A stretch of DNA of 64,000 nucleotides, from NCBI GenBank assembly GCA_002633005.1, contig NMRA01000110.1, forward strand, positions 457,850 through 521,849, given 5' to 3'. The notes beneath the pieces were generated by a model. The model made no database searches. It was not told where the DNA came from and saw only the letters and a list, made by a program, of their open reading frames with translations. Made by a program: the position numbers and the translations under genes. Source of the stretch: Phoronis australis (Eukaryota > Animalia > Phoronida). Of this stretch, positions 1 through 12,263 are shown in pieces. Position 1 is the first letter of the stretch; each line of letters begins with the position of its first letter.

Positions 1-2747
1 CGCTCCAGAAATGTACCGTGTGCAAGTTAAACCATGGTATGATATGCTCTCCAGATCTGTATCGTGGGCGATATTTTTTTTGATAAAACAATTAAAATGG
101 TTAATGCACATGATGTCTATTACACGCCACATGAATTTGATGGATTTCTTAGTGCTATTTATAATGAGGTCGCAGCAATTGTAACGTCTGGCACGCGTTC
201 CTAACTTGACATTACTAGTTTAATTTCACTATAATCCAGCATTTCTAAAATCTGAAAGAGAATTTTATTGTTTAGTTAAAATGTCTATGAAACCGCGTTC
301 CGTTCAAGAAATCCACTTATTTCCGACCACTCATACGCGTATAAAACTGGTCTTGATCTAAGTTCCTTACTCAAACGGCCATTGGTTTCTGTTATTCCTC
401 GAGGGCTTGCTTGGCGCACAATATGGCACAAGAACTCGACCTAAATGAAGATAAGCTTTTATTCTAAATATTATCTAAATTTCTTTTTAAAATTAACTTT
501 GTGACTCGATAAAATTGTATACACCTAACTTTTGAGTATGAAAATGATTTATTTATATTCGTAATGATCTGTCATTATAACTTTAACATCATTTTTTTAA
601 TTAAGTATTTTTGTATAAGTGGATATAAATTTCTTTGTATTTATTTAACTTCCTGGCACTTTCTGGGTATGTATATTTAGTACTGAATATTTCATAATAA
701 ACATTACAATAAAGAAGTGCACAGCTTTACCAAGACATCTGCAACACACTAGACATCTATTGAACTTCACCGTGTCCCAGATTGACTAAATGCTGGACAC
801 TAAAATACTCACCCAAGAGAACCACACTTGTAGCCATGTCTCTTGCCAGCCAGGTGTGTACCATAGTTATTTACTCTTAAAACACAGGTGTACGGTGCCG
901 TGACAACACCTATATTAATCTATGGGAAAATGATAACAGCAAATACGCCTTTACAGACTTGTAGCGCTAGTTTCACCACATACGAAATTATTTAGCTCAA
1001 CTCTTAAAATTTTTCCGATTCTTTCTAAAAAATAAGCGTACTCCAAATAGTGCTAAGCAAGGCACCCTCTTTAGTCCGTCCTGTCCGCTTATACAGAAAC
1101 AAGATCCAGAATTAACTACAAAACGAGGGATATTTTCCAAAACCCTTTACGTTCCCTATGATTTAACAATGTAAAAAACCTGGTGTAGACGTTATCTGAA
1201 ATTCATTAAACTAATGACATATTGAAATACCATCAAGTGGTCCTATAATTTCACTTATGTATTACAGGTGTCGCTTCATTGAACACGCACCAACGCATGT
1301 TAGGTGTAACGGAAACACTCTACGAAAACTGGGATAGAAATAAACCCAGCAAGTCTCTCGATCAATTGGACTTATAATTAAAGGTGCATGGTACGCTTTT
1401 GTAGAACACAATTGAAATTACTTAGTGGGATACAGGACTGTTTAACACTACGTCACCAAAGCAACAAAACAATTGTCGACTCTAGTTGGTGCAAGTGACC
1501 TTACGACTTGGCTCTGTGGTAATTATCATGGGAAACCAATGCAAACAGTTGATCAATCCCCTGTCACAAAAGTGGAGTTCTTGAATAAGCCACTTATACA
1601 GCAACCAGGTGTGGACAAGAACCAGCCTTGGACGGGGAATCTTCTATACACTAGTGACCTCGGAGAATTGAGACCCCCACCCCCCACACAGCTGCAAGAG
1701 GCCAGAGAGCGTAAAGAATATTCCTTCAGTTTCATGGGCCCTGATGAACAAAAACAGCAGATCCAAAACGCCGAGAAAGTTAATTCCCAGCATTTTTAAC
1801 AACCACCTTCTGGAAATGGTTTAAATTCTCCCTAAACTTGCCTTTTACCACAAAAACAATATTTGATTTAGACCAGTCACCAACATGAAATTCTTTTCAG
1901 GGCAGTTCTTTAGTCAAAAGGATGATTTTTGGGCTTGGAAAGAGCTTACAATCTGTTAATGGTCGAGTCCAAGTAAGCTCACTTTGATAATCTTCTAATT
2001 GTCAAGAAAGATCTTGAGAAACAACTAAGTTCTTTTCAAGACCAAAGATCACATCTCAACTCCATAAGGAACAAATTAAGGTCAAAGGTCATGACAGTGA
2101 GTGGTTCAAATACAAATAGGTGCTTCAAAAGAATATAGAAATTTCAAAAATGATCACCAAAAAACATTCACTAACGGCATGACTGATACCAGTGCATCTC
2201 AAGTAACAACAAAAGGCTAAACGCAGACAATACATTCGATAAATAATATATTTCATCATCAACAATTTGCACAGAAACATCAGAGTACCCCAGAAAGAGT
2301 CCCACTACTCCATTTTAATGAACTTGCACAAAACTTTTACTCAAAGAATAAAAGAGCTCAAGACTATTTCACGGTTGTAGCAGAACATTTTTCAAAGAAA
2401 GCAAACTTCAAAAGGCGTAACCAATAGAACTAAGTCTAAAATAGAGTCACGCATGCAATTAAGAAATCGCACAATATGTTAGTTAGGACGCTGAGAATGC
2501 AACCAAGACGCTCGAGTCAGGAAGACATGCTTACTACAAAAGAAGTCTCCAGCTGAGACCCTGTTCATTGCTTCAAAGGACAGACAATTTCCAAACAGAC
2601 GTTGCTTCCCCCAGGACACACAGTTCATTTCAAACCTCAGTGTTTCCTTAAAGGCCCATTTTGATGGCAATATGAGCAAAATTCTCGACACCACAATTAT
2701 GATGGCAAGGTTCAAAAAACGAGCCGTTTAATGTTCTGAGTCAGTAA

Positions 2748-5700
2748 CTATGACGACTGCTTATTTAACTTGATGACACAGACTGCGTTCCTCGCCTCCT
2801 TAAGTCTCCACCAACGACCAAGACGGTGTTCCTGTCCAACACCAGCCACCAATTGAGAACCATCACCAGAGAACACCAGACTGTTGATGAAACCACACTG
2901 CAAAAGGAGACACAAATGTGTCACAACTGGCCAACAGGTGTCACTTGTAATAACAGATTTAACAAACAGAGTGTGTGGTAGTAACAACTAACCAACAGGT
3001 GTCACTTGCATGGTAAGAAACAAAACTAAACAAAATATATCTGAGTGGCAAATAAGACAGCAAATTAACTACAAGAGCATTTCAGAAAATGTTTTTTAAC
3101 TGATCCTTCAAACAAATTTAGTATTCATTAAGTTTGAAATTTCCCTATAAACACAAAATGATAATAGGTCATTTAAGAACAGCTGTACAAACGTCACCTC
3201 CAGTCAGTTTATCATTCACGAGCTCAGTCACTATTTTGAGAAACATTATTGCTGAGATTATTAACACATGCCTCCAGTCTCATCAAGAAGTTTGCTGAGA
3301 GTAATGACTGATGAGAACATGCTTCCATACAATATTCATCCACTTCCGACAGATAGTATCATCCACATTTATCACCTTGAGTTATGAAAAAATCGTCAAA
3401 TCTTACCATGGTCTTTCCTGAAGGAATTTTAAGTCACAAGGATTATAGTTTCTTGAAAAATTACAGGACGACCTGAACAGTTAAATTTATTCCAAAATGG
3501 GAAAAAATAATAAAAGCAAGATGGAAACTTATGACCTTTGTACAGAATGAGCGCAGCTGTGTCAAGTAACTGACATCAGATATCCGAGACATGTTGGACA
3601 AATGAACATTCATGTATCCACAGTCAACTCACCACTGGTATTGTTGCTAGGCAACTGAGAGACTTGAAGCCTTCACTGATCTTCCATAGTCTGATGTGGC
3701 CATCCTTAGAGCCTGCTGAACAAAACATGATCAGTTAGACATGACGGGACCTACTGACCACATGAATGGACCTACTGACCACATGACTGGACCTACTGAC
3801 CCAGACACTTCATAATGGTTGGCCAGTACGCAAACAAAAGTCTATATAAATTATCCACACGCAGAGTTGAACTCTCTTCTGTTGTGAATTAAAGTACATT
3901 CAAATGACCGAGCTATTTAAATGTTAGCACACGTAAGTTATAAACAAGTGCAACACACGAGTCATCGAAATGTAGATGAGAAGCGTTTTGGGTAAACACA
4001 GAAAAATTAGGTTGTATCCAGGCGAGCATTTGTCATGCCCCAGGGTCTATGTCGTGCCCCAGGGTCTATGTCGTGCCCCAGGGTCTATGTCGTGCCCCAG
4101 GGTCTATGTCGTGCCCCAGGGTCTATGTCGTGCCCCAGGGTCTATGTCGTGCCCCAGGGTCTATGTTGTGCCCCAGGGTCTATGTCGTGCCCCAGGGTCT
4201 ATGTCGTGCCCCAGGGTCTATGTTGTGCCCCAGGGTCTATGTCGTGCCCCAGGGTCTATGTTGTGCCCCAGGGTCTATGTCATGCCCCAGGGTCTATATT
4301 GTGAGAAGTTAAATGAGTGCAACTTGATACTGGTTTGACAATAAGCTTACTGAAAGTTCCCTTCAATAGATGCATAGAGCTACTTTCTTCAACCTTGACA
4401 CTGGTGGCAACTTTGTCCGTGTGGACACTCAGCTAATCAGCACCAAGTTGCTGTGTGGACACGCAGCTGGTCAACAGCAAATTGCCCTGGGTAACTTGCG
4501 CTTGATCAACTGCCAGTCAGAGCACAGGTTAAGAGCGACCGTATATTTTTTGGTACGGGTTAATCTTTCAGGTATAAGAGAGTAAGCTAACTGAATGAAG
4601 TGTACCAGAGGCGACCAAGTCTGTGTTGTGAAGAGCTGCTAAAGCAGTGATCCAGTTCTCCTGTGACGATGGCTTGTTTTCCGTGTTCTCACCACCGTGT
4701 GCATTCTTGACTGTATAGATGGGCTTCTTCTTGGACACTATCCACAGAGATATACAGCTAAAACATCAAGAGGAGAACTATGACTGATTGCAAGGGAGTG
4801 ATGGTATGCAAGTAGAATGACTTAATGAAGTGTAGAGGAAGTAAAGATGTACTTAGATGGGCTGTGGACAACATACAATATAATCACTTTACATGAACCT
4901 TCTATAGAACTGTACCAATGTCCTCAACACAATCACAGGTGTGTAGACTTACTTGTTGTCGGAGCCAGACACGAAATGTTCATCGTTAATAAGAGCAACA
5001 CAGTCGATGGAGCCACTGTAAAGGAAGGGTCATCTTGAAATATCGGTAAGGTCAACTTGAAACATCATAAAGGTCACATTGACATTACCAGCAAAACATA
5101 AATCACTTTTAGAACATACTTGTTGCACCACCTAAAGGTAGACACAAGAACTAAGACAGATTAGGGTTAAAGCTTTGTTTGCGCAAATACAGGCAATAGT
5201 CTCATATAACGTGCCCGCATTTTGAGAACCAGTTTTCTCTATTGAATAACAGGCATCATCTGGTTCTCAAAATGGAGGCATGGTATATCAATCTAATACT
5301 CAAATACATCTATTGAATGAAAAAAAAATACCAGTGACATCACAACAAATAAGCTTGACTTGGTCAAAAAAGTGACCAGAAAAAGTGACCTGGCATCTTC
5401 AAAGAGCAACATTGTTTTGTTAATATGTTGACTATCCACTGCATCAACACCCTCTATTGTTAGACTTCCATACCCGTGACCCAGAAAAACCAGCTGTGAC
5501 TCCTCAATGACCTTCCACACTCGCACCGATTGATCTCGTCCTCCTGATGTGATGGCTCGCTCACGGTTCAAACTGTCGATGGCTGTGATCTGATCCTGGT
5601 GGCCAAAACTGTAAGATGAAATCAGCATGTTGGTGACGACACTAATAGTTGGTGACGACACTAATAGTTGCAAAATTTACAGGCCGATGTCATCTTTGAG

Positions 5701-8700
5701 AAAATCTACCATGGTTTTAGCAACTCAAACACAGTTAATATCAGAGAGGAATAGAATGCGATAAACAAACTAAATTACAATATTGAAAGTGGTTATCTGC
5801 CATTGAAACAGAATTCAACCTCCTCACCAGGTATTTTTACTGTTTGTTCATAAAGCTTTTTAATTTCTGTTAATATCAAAGCATTTTCTTTTAGTTTCAA
5901 ATTTCTAAAAATGATCTGTCAACTGCTCGCCACTTCGTCAATGTTTCTCCCACAAGGCAATGCACGTCTCCTTATTTGGTATGGCAAGACATAGATTAAC
6001 ACATTTCTCTGATATGGAAAATGTGACCTTTGACCTCAAACGACTTCAAGCAACTGACTGTGAGGGAGGTTAGAAACTGTGTGATGACCACAGTTTTTGC
6101 TTCGCGCATATTTCTAAAATAATAATTTTTTTTCTGGAAATTTCCCAACAGGGAAAGTAAATAACTCTGTACCAGATGTTGAGAGATGGCACTTTTGGTT
6201 AGGATTTATTTAAAAGATATTTTGACAAGCTTTCACATTGCATGCCTCTTTAAGATGCTCATCTGAGGGCAAAAATACAGTCTCTTGGCTTAGCAAATCA
6301 ATAGACAGTGGGCTGAACTACACGAAGACTACAGAGTTAGTTTCAATTCCCTGTTTTAACATGTTGAGATACAGAAACCACCACAGAGGTTTGCTGCTAT
6401 CTTAATGACCAATGCCACGAATAACTTTTTCATGTTTAAACAGTGACAACAAACATTTTTTCTTAAATATGAAGTACCAGAGACTAATAAAAAATTCCGA
6501 GGTCAACAAAAATACTTAGGTCAACAAGTGTTGATCATTAAATTCCAGCAAGTCGTGCGTACAGTGTTTCCACATAAGCCATGTCGTCCAGACTCCATAT
6601 TTTCACTGTCCTGTCATGAGAGGCACTGAACAGCTGGTGAGTACTCCGTCTAAATGCGAGACCCTGAAAGATGAAAAGACGATCACCATGTAAATACTGC
6701 CATGTTGGTTTGACCACAGCTATATCAACCGTGCTGGAGGGCATTCCAAAGACCCAAGACTTCATGTGTGTGAAACACGAATGTATACACGGGAGCTTAC
6801 AAAGCTATCCTAGCAAAATGGTGGCAACTGAAGTGAGTGGTCGGTGAGGTTAGAGTGTTCAATTGTATGAATAAAGTCAATGATTTTCATTTCATAAACA
6901 AACATTTTTTTGCTGCGAGTGAGTGCAAGTTATTATATCTTGTGGTCTACAGAACTCAACCCAGGTCTTCTATTACGATGAATATTTTCAGTCATCCAGT
7001 TGGGTCATAGTATAAGAATCTATTACTGGACTTACGGTACATGGAGATGGCTACGTTGCGTCCTCCTCTCGAGGACTTCATCAGGCCACTGAGTTGTCAC
7101 GTGACTTGTCACGTGATCTGTCGTACAGTTTCCGCGGGATTCTCTTCAGCGCCCTATCCCATGTCCTAGGTAAGTGAAACCGCACCCCCCCTGTCTATAG
7201 AGGCTAGGATTCTCAATTCTCTCGTGATGAAGTCCTCGAAAGGAGGACGCAACGTAGCCATCTCCATGTACCGTAAGTCCAGTAATAGATTTATTGATTC
7301 TTACACAGGTCTTCTATTCTTCTTACTCATTATTCAAAATCAAAACTATGAGAAGACAGACATGGTAATATTTTCAATGACATATCATGGAGGTGAAATT
7401 AGTCTGTGAAGGACACAAGAAAGAAAACTTCACGATGTCCATGTGGGAGATCTGCCATAACATAAATGAATTTTGATGTACTGTGCTTTGGCTTGCACAG
7501 TAAATTTGATAAATGATTTTGAGACAAATTCTGAGGAGTAGGTCACAAAAGAAGTTCATTTTTTTCACTTCTGACACAAAGGAATCATTCAGTTTTGTGG
7601 AGTGCATACCATCATGTAAGACTGAAAGCTCACTGAGTCGTCCATGTAGCTCCCAGCCTTCCAAATTCAGTGAATAAAAACATTACAGTTTACAACATCT
7701 GTAGAGTAGTTGCTATGGAAAAAGTGATTACCCACCGAAACTGCATCTCTATGGCCACTAAAAGTGTGAACAAGTTGACAAGAGTCAGGGTTCCAGATGA
7801 GAATCAGATTATTTCTGTCACCTGTTGCCTAAAAAGATGAATACGATAGCATTGTTTGAGAACCCTCACTGGACGAAACATGCATCATCACTATCATTAT
7901 ATTTGTGTAACATAATATAGAGGTAGGTAAATACTCGTACAAATGTAAAAGTAGCAAACAAATCCTACACTTCTTGTCAAACTTGTATCATTCTAAACTC
8001 TAAGGTCTCTACAGACACATAGTGGTTTAACTACTGGCCACATATCCAAGTGGTCATGACTTCATCATGACACGCTATTTGGCTGCATTTTCTCTTACTT
8101 CTCAATGAGACCATCCGTTCTTCACTGAGAGTGACACCATCTTGGCAAGGAAGAGTAATTAGAGAGTCTACAGGAGTCAAATTGGCTGCCAGCCCTAACT
8201 TTTGAATTTCAGTAATTAACAAATTTCAATTTCCAAATGTCCCGCTAAAAAGATGTATTTGCATGCTCTTAAGTACGCTCATGTATAGCAGGAACTAAAC
8301 GACAATGCTATTTGAAATCTACGCTAAACAAAGAGCAGTTGTATTCAACGACAACTTCTAAATGTGAAAACAAAAAATTCTGTAAGTAGGTGACCTTTGC
8401 ACTAATGACCTTGGAGGCTCACACAGCCTGCATCATGCAGTGTTATTCTCAAACACCATGTGACGAAACTTAGAGGGCACAGTTGAGTGATTTAGGACAG
8501 ATCATTTTCAACAATAAACTCATTCTTAAAAACATTTAGCGATTTTCAACCTACTTCATGTTTACATCACCGCTATATGTTGTGTTTCTAACTAATCTGA
8601 CCAAGCCAGCACAGAGATAAGGAACTATCGTGCAAGTTGCACTTCAAATATTATCACAAAAACCCTGGGTATAATCATCACAGTCNNNNNNNNNNNNNNN

Positions 8701-9726
8701 NNNNNNNNNNNNNNNNNNNNNNNNNNNNNNNNNNNNNNNNNNNNNNNNNNNNNNNNNNNNNNNNNNNNNNNNNNNNNNNNNNNNNNNNNNNNNNNNNNNN
8801 NNNNNNNNNNNNNNNNNNNNNNNNNNNNNNNNNNNNNNNNNNNNNNNNNNNNNNNNNNNNNNNNNNNNNNNNNNNNNNNNNNNNNNNNNNNNNNNNNNNN
8901 NNNNNNNNNNNNNNNNNNNNNNNNNNNNNNNNNNNNNNNNNNNNNNNNNNNNNNNNNNNNNNNNNNNNNNNNNNNNNNNNNNNNNNNNNNNNNNNNNNNN
9001 NNNNNNNNNNNNNNNNNNNNNNNNNNNNNNNNNNNNNNNNNNNNNNNNNNNNNNNNNNNNNNNNNNNNNNNNNNNNNNNNNNNNNNNNNNNNNNNNNNNN
9101 NNNNNNNNNNNNNNNNNNNNNNNNNNNNNNNNNNNNNNNNNNNNNNNNNNNNNNNNNNNNNNNNNNNNNNNNNNNNNNNNNNNNNNNNNNNNNNNNNNNN
9201 NNNNNNNNNNNNNNNNNNNNNNNNNNNNNNNNNNNNNNNNNNNNNNNNNNNNNNNNTGGGGCTATAGCCCCACTTTTTTCAGTGCTGCGCTGCCCATGTG
9301 AATGCCTGTGGCATTCAGGGCGATGTGATTGCCTACCAAATTCAACAGGTGTGCAGTTCGGGAGCAGAGGCAACAGACCATCACGTCAGCCCACAGCCTA
9401 GGCAATGTTATTGTCAACGGTGAACTTTGGATTGTTCAAAAATAGCAGCTGTAGCTTAGCAACACAGCCCGTAATCATAGCTTTGAATTGTAAAGACTGA
9501 AAAGAAGAGTAATCAGGAACTGCACCTGGTCATGACTCCTGCACTGCAACTGCCACTCAATGCCACTGCACTGGTAAGACTACGTACAACAAGAACACTT
9601 TGGCACATGGGCGACTGGTTCGATATCACTATAGCTAAAAAAGTTTCTGGAAATTACCTTTCGTTTCCTGGAATCGGAGGTTTTGGGTGTAGTTTTCGAA
9701 CCTTTATTGCGAATAAAGAAAGACAT
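2748..9726 (-). CDS. RRP9: U3 snoRNA-interacting WD40 protein RRP9 (U3-55K), spliced; internal exons missing at the assembly gap
   Basis: Exons in transcript order: 9658-9726 (MSFFIRNKGSKTTPKTSDSRKRK), [gap], 7736-7828 (ATGDRNNLILIWNPDSCQLVHTFSGHRDAVS), 6563-6663 (GLAFRRSTHQLFSASHDRTVKIWSLDDMAYVETL), 5474-5608 (FGHQD...VWKVIEESQLVFLGHG), 4953-5015 (GSIDCVALINDEHFVSGSDN), 4606-4757 (SLWIVSKKKP...WITALAALHNTDLVAS), 3633-3712 (GSKDGHIRLW...IPV), 2748-2897 (GFINSL...VAGVGQEHRLGRWW, stop). All GT-AG with consistent phases. GQEHRLGRWW is the RRP9 signature. Confidence 0.95.
3745..3802. repeat. 19-bp tandem repeat, about 3 copies, near an RRP9 acceptor
   Basis: Unit GGACCTACTGACCACATGA. Confidence 0.85.
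4032..4297. repeat. 19-bp minisatellite, about 14 copies, in an RRP9 intron
   Basis: Unit TGCCCCAGGGTCTATGTCG; explains the repetitive ORFs in all three + frames. Confidence 0.97.
5218..5274. repeat. Short inverted repeat or hairpin with 15-bp perfect arms
   Basis: CATTTTGAGAACCAG (5218-5232) pairs with CTGGTTCTCAAAATG (5260-5274). Confidence 0.8.
6975..7305 (-). mobile_element. 5'-truncated Penelope-like retroelement with inverted terminal segment
   Basis: 13-bp direct repeat CAGGTCTTCTATT at 6962-6974 and 7306-7318 (putative TSD). 67-bp inverted arms at 7017-7083 and 7225-7291 with 1 mismatch. The minus-strand spacer translates as ERIENPSLYRQGG/(frameshift in G run)/VRFHLPRTWDRALKRIPRKL, resembling the PLE ORF C-terminus. 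A hammerhead motif follows. Confidence 0.82.
7047..7089 (-). ncRNA. Minimal type I hammerhead ribozyme motif with variant core (GCAA for GAAA)
   Basis: Minus strand reads GTGGC-CTGATGA-A-GTCCTC-gagag-GAGGAC-GCAA-CG-TA^-GCCAT: stem I GUGGC/GCCAU, 6-bp stem II, palindromic ACGU stem III, GUA triplet. Confidence 0.75.
8686..9256. other. Assembly gap (571 N) inside RRP9
   Basis: Run of N. Confidence 1.
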
Positions 9727-10104
9727 TTTTCAAGCGTAGTGAATAAAAATCCCAACTCCACATGGACGGAGTTCCAATCGAGGATTTCCCAAGGTGGTTC
9801 TAAAATATTTGTCAATAGTAATTAATTCAAACGACAAATTTATAATTTGTTTATCAATTAAATTATTTTATTATAATTAGACGGTTCAGTTTGCATGATA
9901 TCATGTTACATTTTATAAATATGGTATTTGATTTAGACAATATACTATGTCGTATTCATTTTTTTGTATAAAATATTCTGAAGCGGCATCTAGCGTTAGT
10001 CACGTGGTACACCAACTACTTCCTGAACCCAAGTTAACTACATTGGGTGTGCGATCGGTGGGGTTTGTGGTTAGTAGACAGGGAATATTTAATTATAGGT
10101 AAGT
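9727..10104. promoter_or_regulatory. Probable bidirectional promoter for RRP9 and PAK, with a probable non-coding PAK exon 1 ending at 10098
   Basis: RRP9 ATG at 9726 (-). CACGTG at 10001 and ETS-like ACTTCCTG at 10018. Strong donor AG|GTAAGT at 10098/10099. PAK's first coding exon is preceded by an acceptor at 17968, so an upstream exon is required. Confidence 0.55.
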
Positions 10105-12000
10105 GTGAATAGCACGAAAAATGTCTCCTGTTGCATGCCATATAGTTTTCCTTGTGAATATCTGCGAATCGGTGAAAAAGATTGGATCAAGTGTGCCTTT
10201 AGAAATTCGACAATGGAGAACTTCCTGACTTCCTGTTATTTTGTGTTAACTTGATCTCTGTCGACCTAACTTGTACTAATGGAAATCTAAACAACGTGCC
10301 TTATTGGTTCTTGATATCCCCTGGCCAAAGTGAATTACCGCTAATTAATATCACTGTAATTCATAACTTTGAAGGATAGTAAATGTCAGGTTGATGTTTG
10401 ACATGCTTCATTGAATTAGTCATTCCTGATTCACCCTTTTAATTTATTTAATTAACAAGATTGGCATGGTAAAAATGGAGCTGACGGGTCCCTCTTCAAA
10501 ATGGCTGCCTGGAACAAGTTTTCTCTGAGTAATAGCAATTTTTGTTATTCAGTGAAAGTCTACTGGAATTTTCGTGATTGACGTTGGGATGTATAATGAG
10601 TGGGGAAGCTTGAAGATAGCTATTTGACAGTAAATAGGAAAATTGTGTGTATTTGGACCATCTGCCCAGATGGGATATACTACTTTTTCTGTGATGGAGA
10701 GCAGCCTCATTTCCAGCGTCATCAACAAAAACATCGTGTTTCACAGATGTAACACTTATATCTAGGCTATTTTTTTTCTGTTGTAAGTATATTCTGATTT
10801 AGGGGTGCAATGTGAGGCCCTAGGAGATGTGACATAAATGGTAAAAGTTGAGTGGACGCTCCTTCTTCAAACTAGCTGCTGAATTATGGTAGTGGTTGTT
10901 ATTCAGCAAAAACTGGTTCACAGTGGCCAGTTTGAAGAGGGACATGGTTATTCGACTTTTAGCAAAACAGCTACTTCTGACATAGCATTTTAGGGCTTGC
11001 ACAGACATTTTTTCAAACATTGAGGTTGGCCCCCCTCTGGTAGTAAAGGATCTGCTTTTTCAACAAGAATGATTTTCCATAGTATCACACCAGTGGAATT
11101 TCTAGTTTGATTACAATTAAAAGATGATTTTAATATTTAAAAGTATTAAAACTTTTAGTTCGTCGTTGTTTTGCTGCGACCTGTTTGGTAGCACTCGTGA
11201 CACATTTGAATGGCCAGTGACTTGTTTTAAAAAAACAGTGAACATTTGGGAAAAAGCATTGCCATGTTTTCGGTTTGTTTTTGAAAATCATGTTGGAGTA
11301 ACTAATCATGCATTTTGAAGTGAAAGAAAGTGCGTTAAAAAATAACCACCAAAAACTCTAGGACTCGCATACCATCAAAGTTCTTGAAGTTACAAACTAC
11401 ATGAATCTAAGCTCTAACTGCTTCCCCTTTGTTTGTAATGTTCAAGTTTTGCACCTCCAATGATTGAAAACTTCTTGTCCAAAACTTGTGAGGCATTATA
11501 TGCCTTGGCATTATGACATGTTGATGTGTGACAATGATGCAGTGTAAATTTCAAAAAAGTCTTGTGTTTAATGTTGGACATGAATGGAGGAACTAATTTT
11601 GCATAAAAAACTTCAAAATACTTGGACTTAGTGCCTTATTCCATTATTGAGCGATTCAAATTTTCGACCTGTTTGGATTTTGAGTTGTGGAAAACACTGT
11701 TCTTTCAAAGTTCTTGTGGTCACCAGGGTTTAAGCCAGCAGCAACCATTAATCAACTATTTAAATGTTATTAGAACAAAGTTCTTATCTGATTAGACTGT
11801 CTGCCAAGTTTTGAACAGTGTTGATATCAAACAAAAGCTGTTTTTACACACTGAACAGCTGTGGCAGTGCAGAGTTGTCATGGTGTAACTTGCTCCACTT
11901 CAGTCGCATTTAAAAGGAATTAGATAACCATGATGGAATTTTTCAATGATTAGAGAAGATTTGCCTGGTGAGGGGAAATTGGTGTGATTTTAAAATGTAT

Positions 12001-12090
12001 TTCAGATAGGAACGAGGCCAACATTCGACTTTCAAATAGAAACAAGGCCAACATTTGACTTTCAAATAGAAACAAGGCCAACATTTGACT
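12001..12090. repeat. 30-bp tandem repeat, 3 copies
   Basis: Unit TTCAAATAGAAACAAGGCCAACATTTGACT. Confidence 0.9.
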
Positions 12091-12156
12091 TGGTTAGAAA
12101 GATTTTGGAATGGCATCACTATGGTGTTCCTGCTCACTTAATGTCTTTCCTTATTA

Positions 12157-12263
12157 CAGGAGTGCCCCTAATCACAGGGTTGCCCCTAATCACAGGGTTG
12201 CCCCTAATAACAGGGGTGCCCCTTATCACAGGGTTGCCTCTAATCACAGGGGTGCCCCTAATC
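12157..12263. repeat. 18-bp minisatellite, about 6 copies
   Basis: Unit CAGGGTTGCCCCTAATCA. Confidence 0.9.

Noticed and set aside
1473-1799. 108-aa + strand ORF
   Set aside because: Non-ATG start, no recognisable domain and no supporting splice structure.
3200-3290. Possible intronic box C/D snoRNA in RRP9
   Set aside because: Imperfect C box (TTGATGA), no terminal stem and no recognisable rRNA antisense guide.
3976-4338. Overlapping repetitive Cys/Pro-rich ORFs and a CRISPR-like appearance
   Set aside because: Translation of a 19-bp minisatellite. There are no unique spacers and no cas genes, and the context is a eukaryotic intron.
7120-7153. Extra CTGAAGA..GAAAC hammerhead-like words on the minus strand
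   Set aside because: No stem II can form. The words fall within the PLE coding remnant (ALKRIPRKL).
7017-7291. Interpretation as a DNA-transposon MITE with 67-bp TIRs
   Set aside because: The direct repeat lies outside the arms asymmetrically, and the arms and spacer carry hammerhead and PLE coding signatures, which favours a Penelope-like retroelement.
8637-9401. Long ORFs of 231-254 aa (also those at 40253-40846)
   Set aside because: Artefacts of translating N runs.
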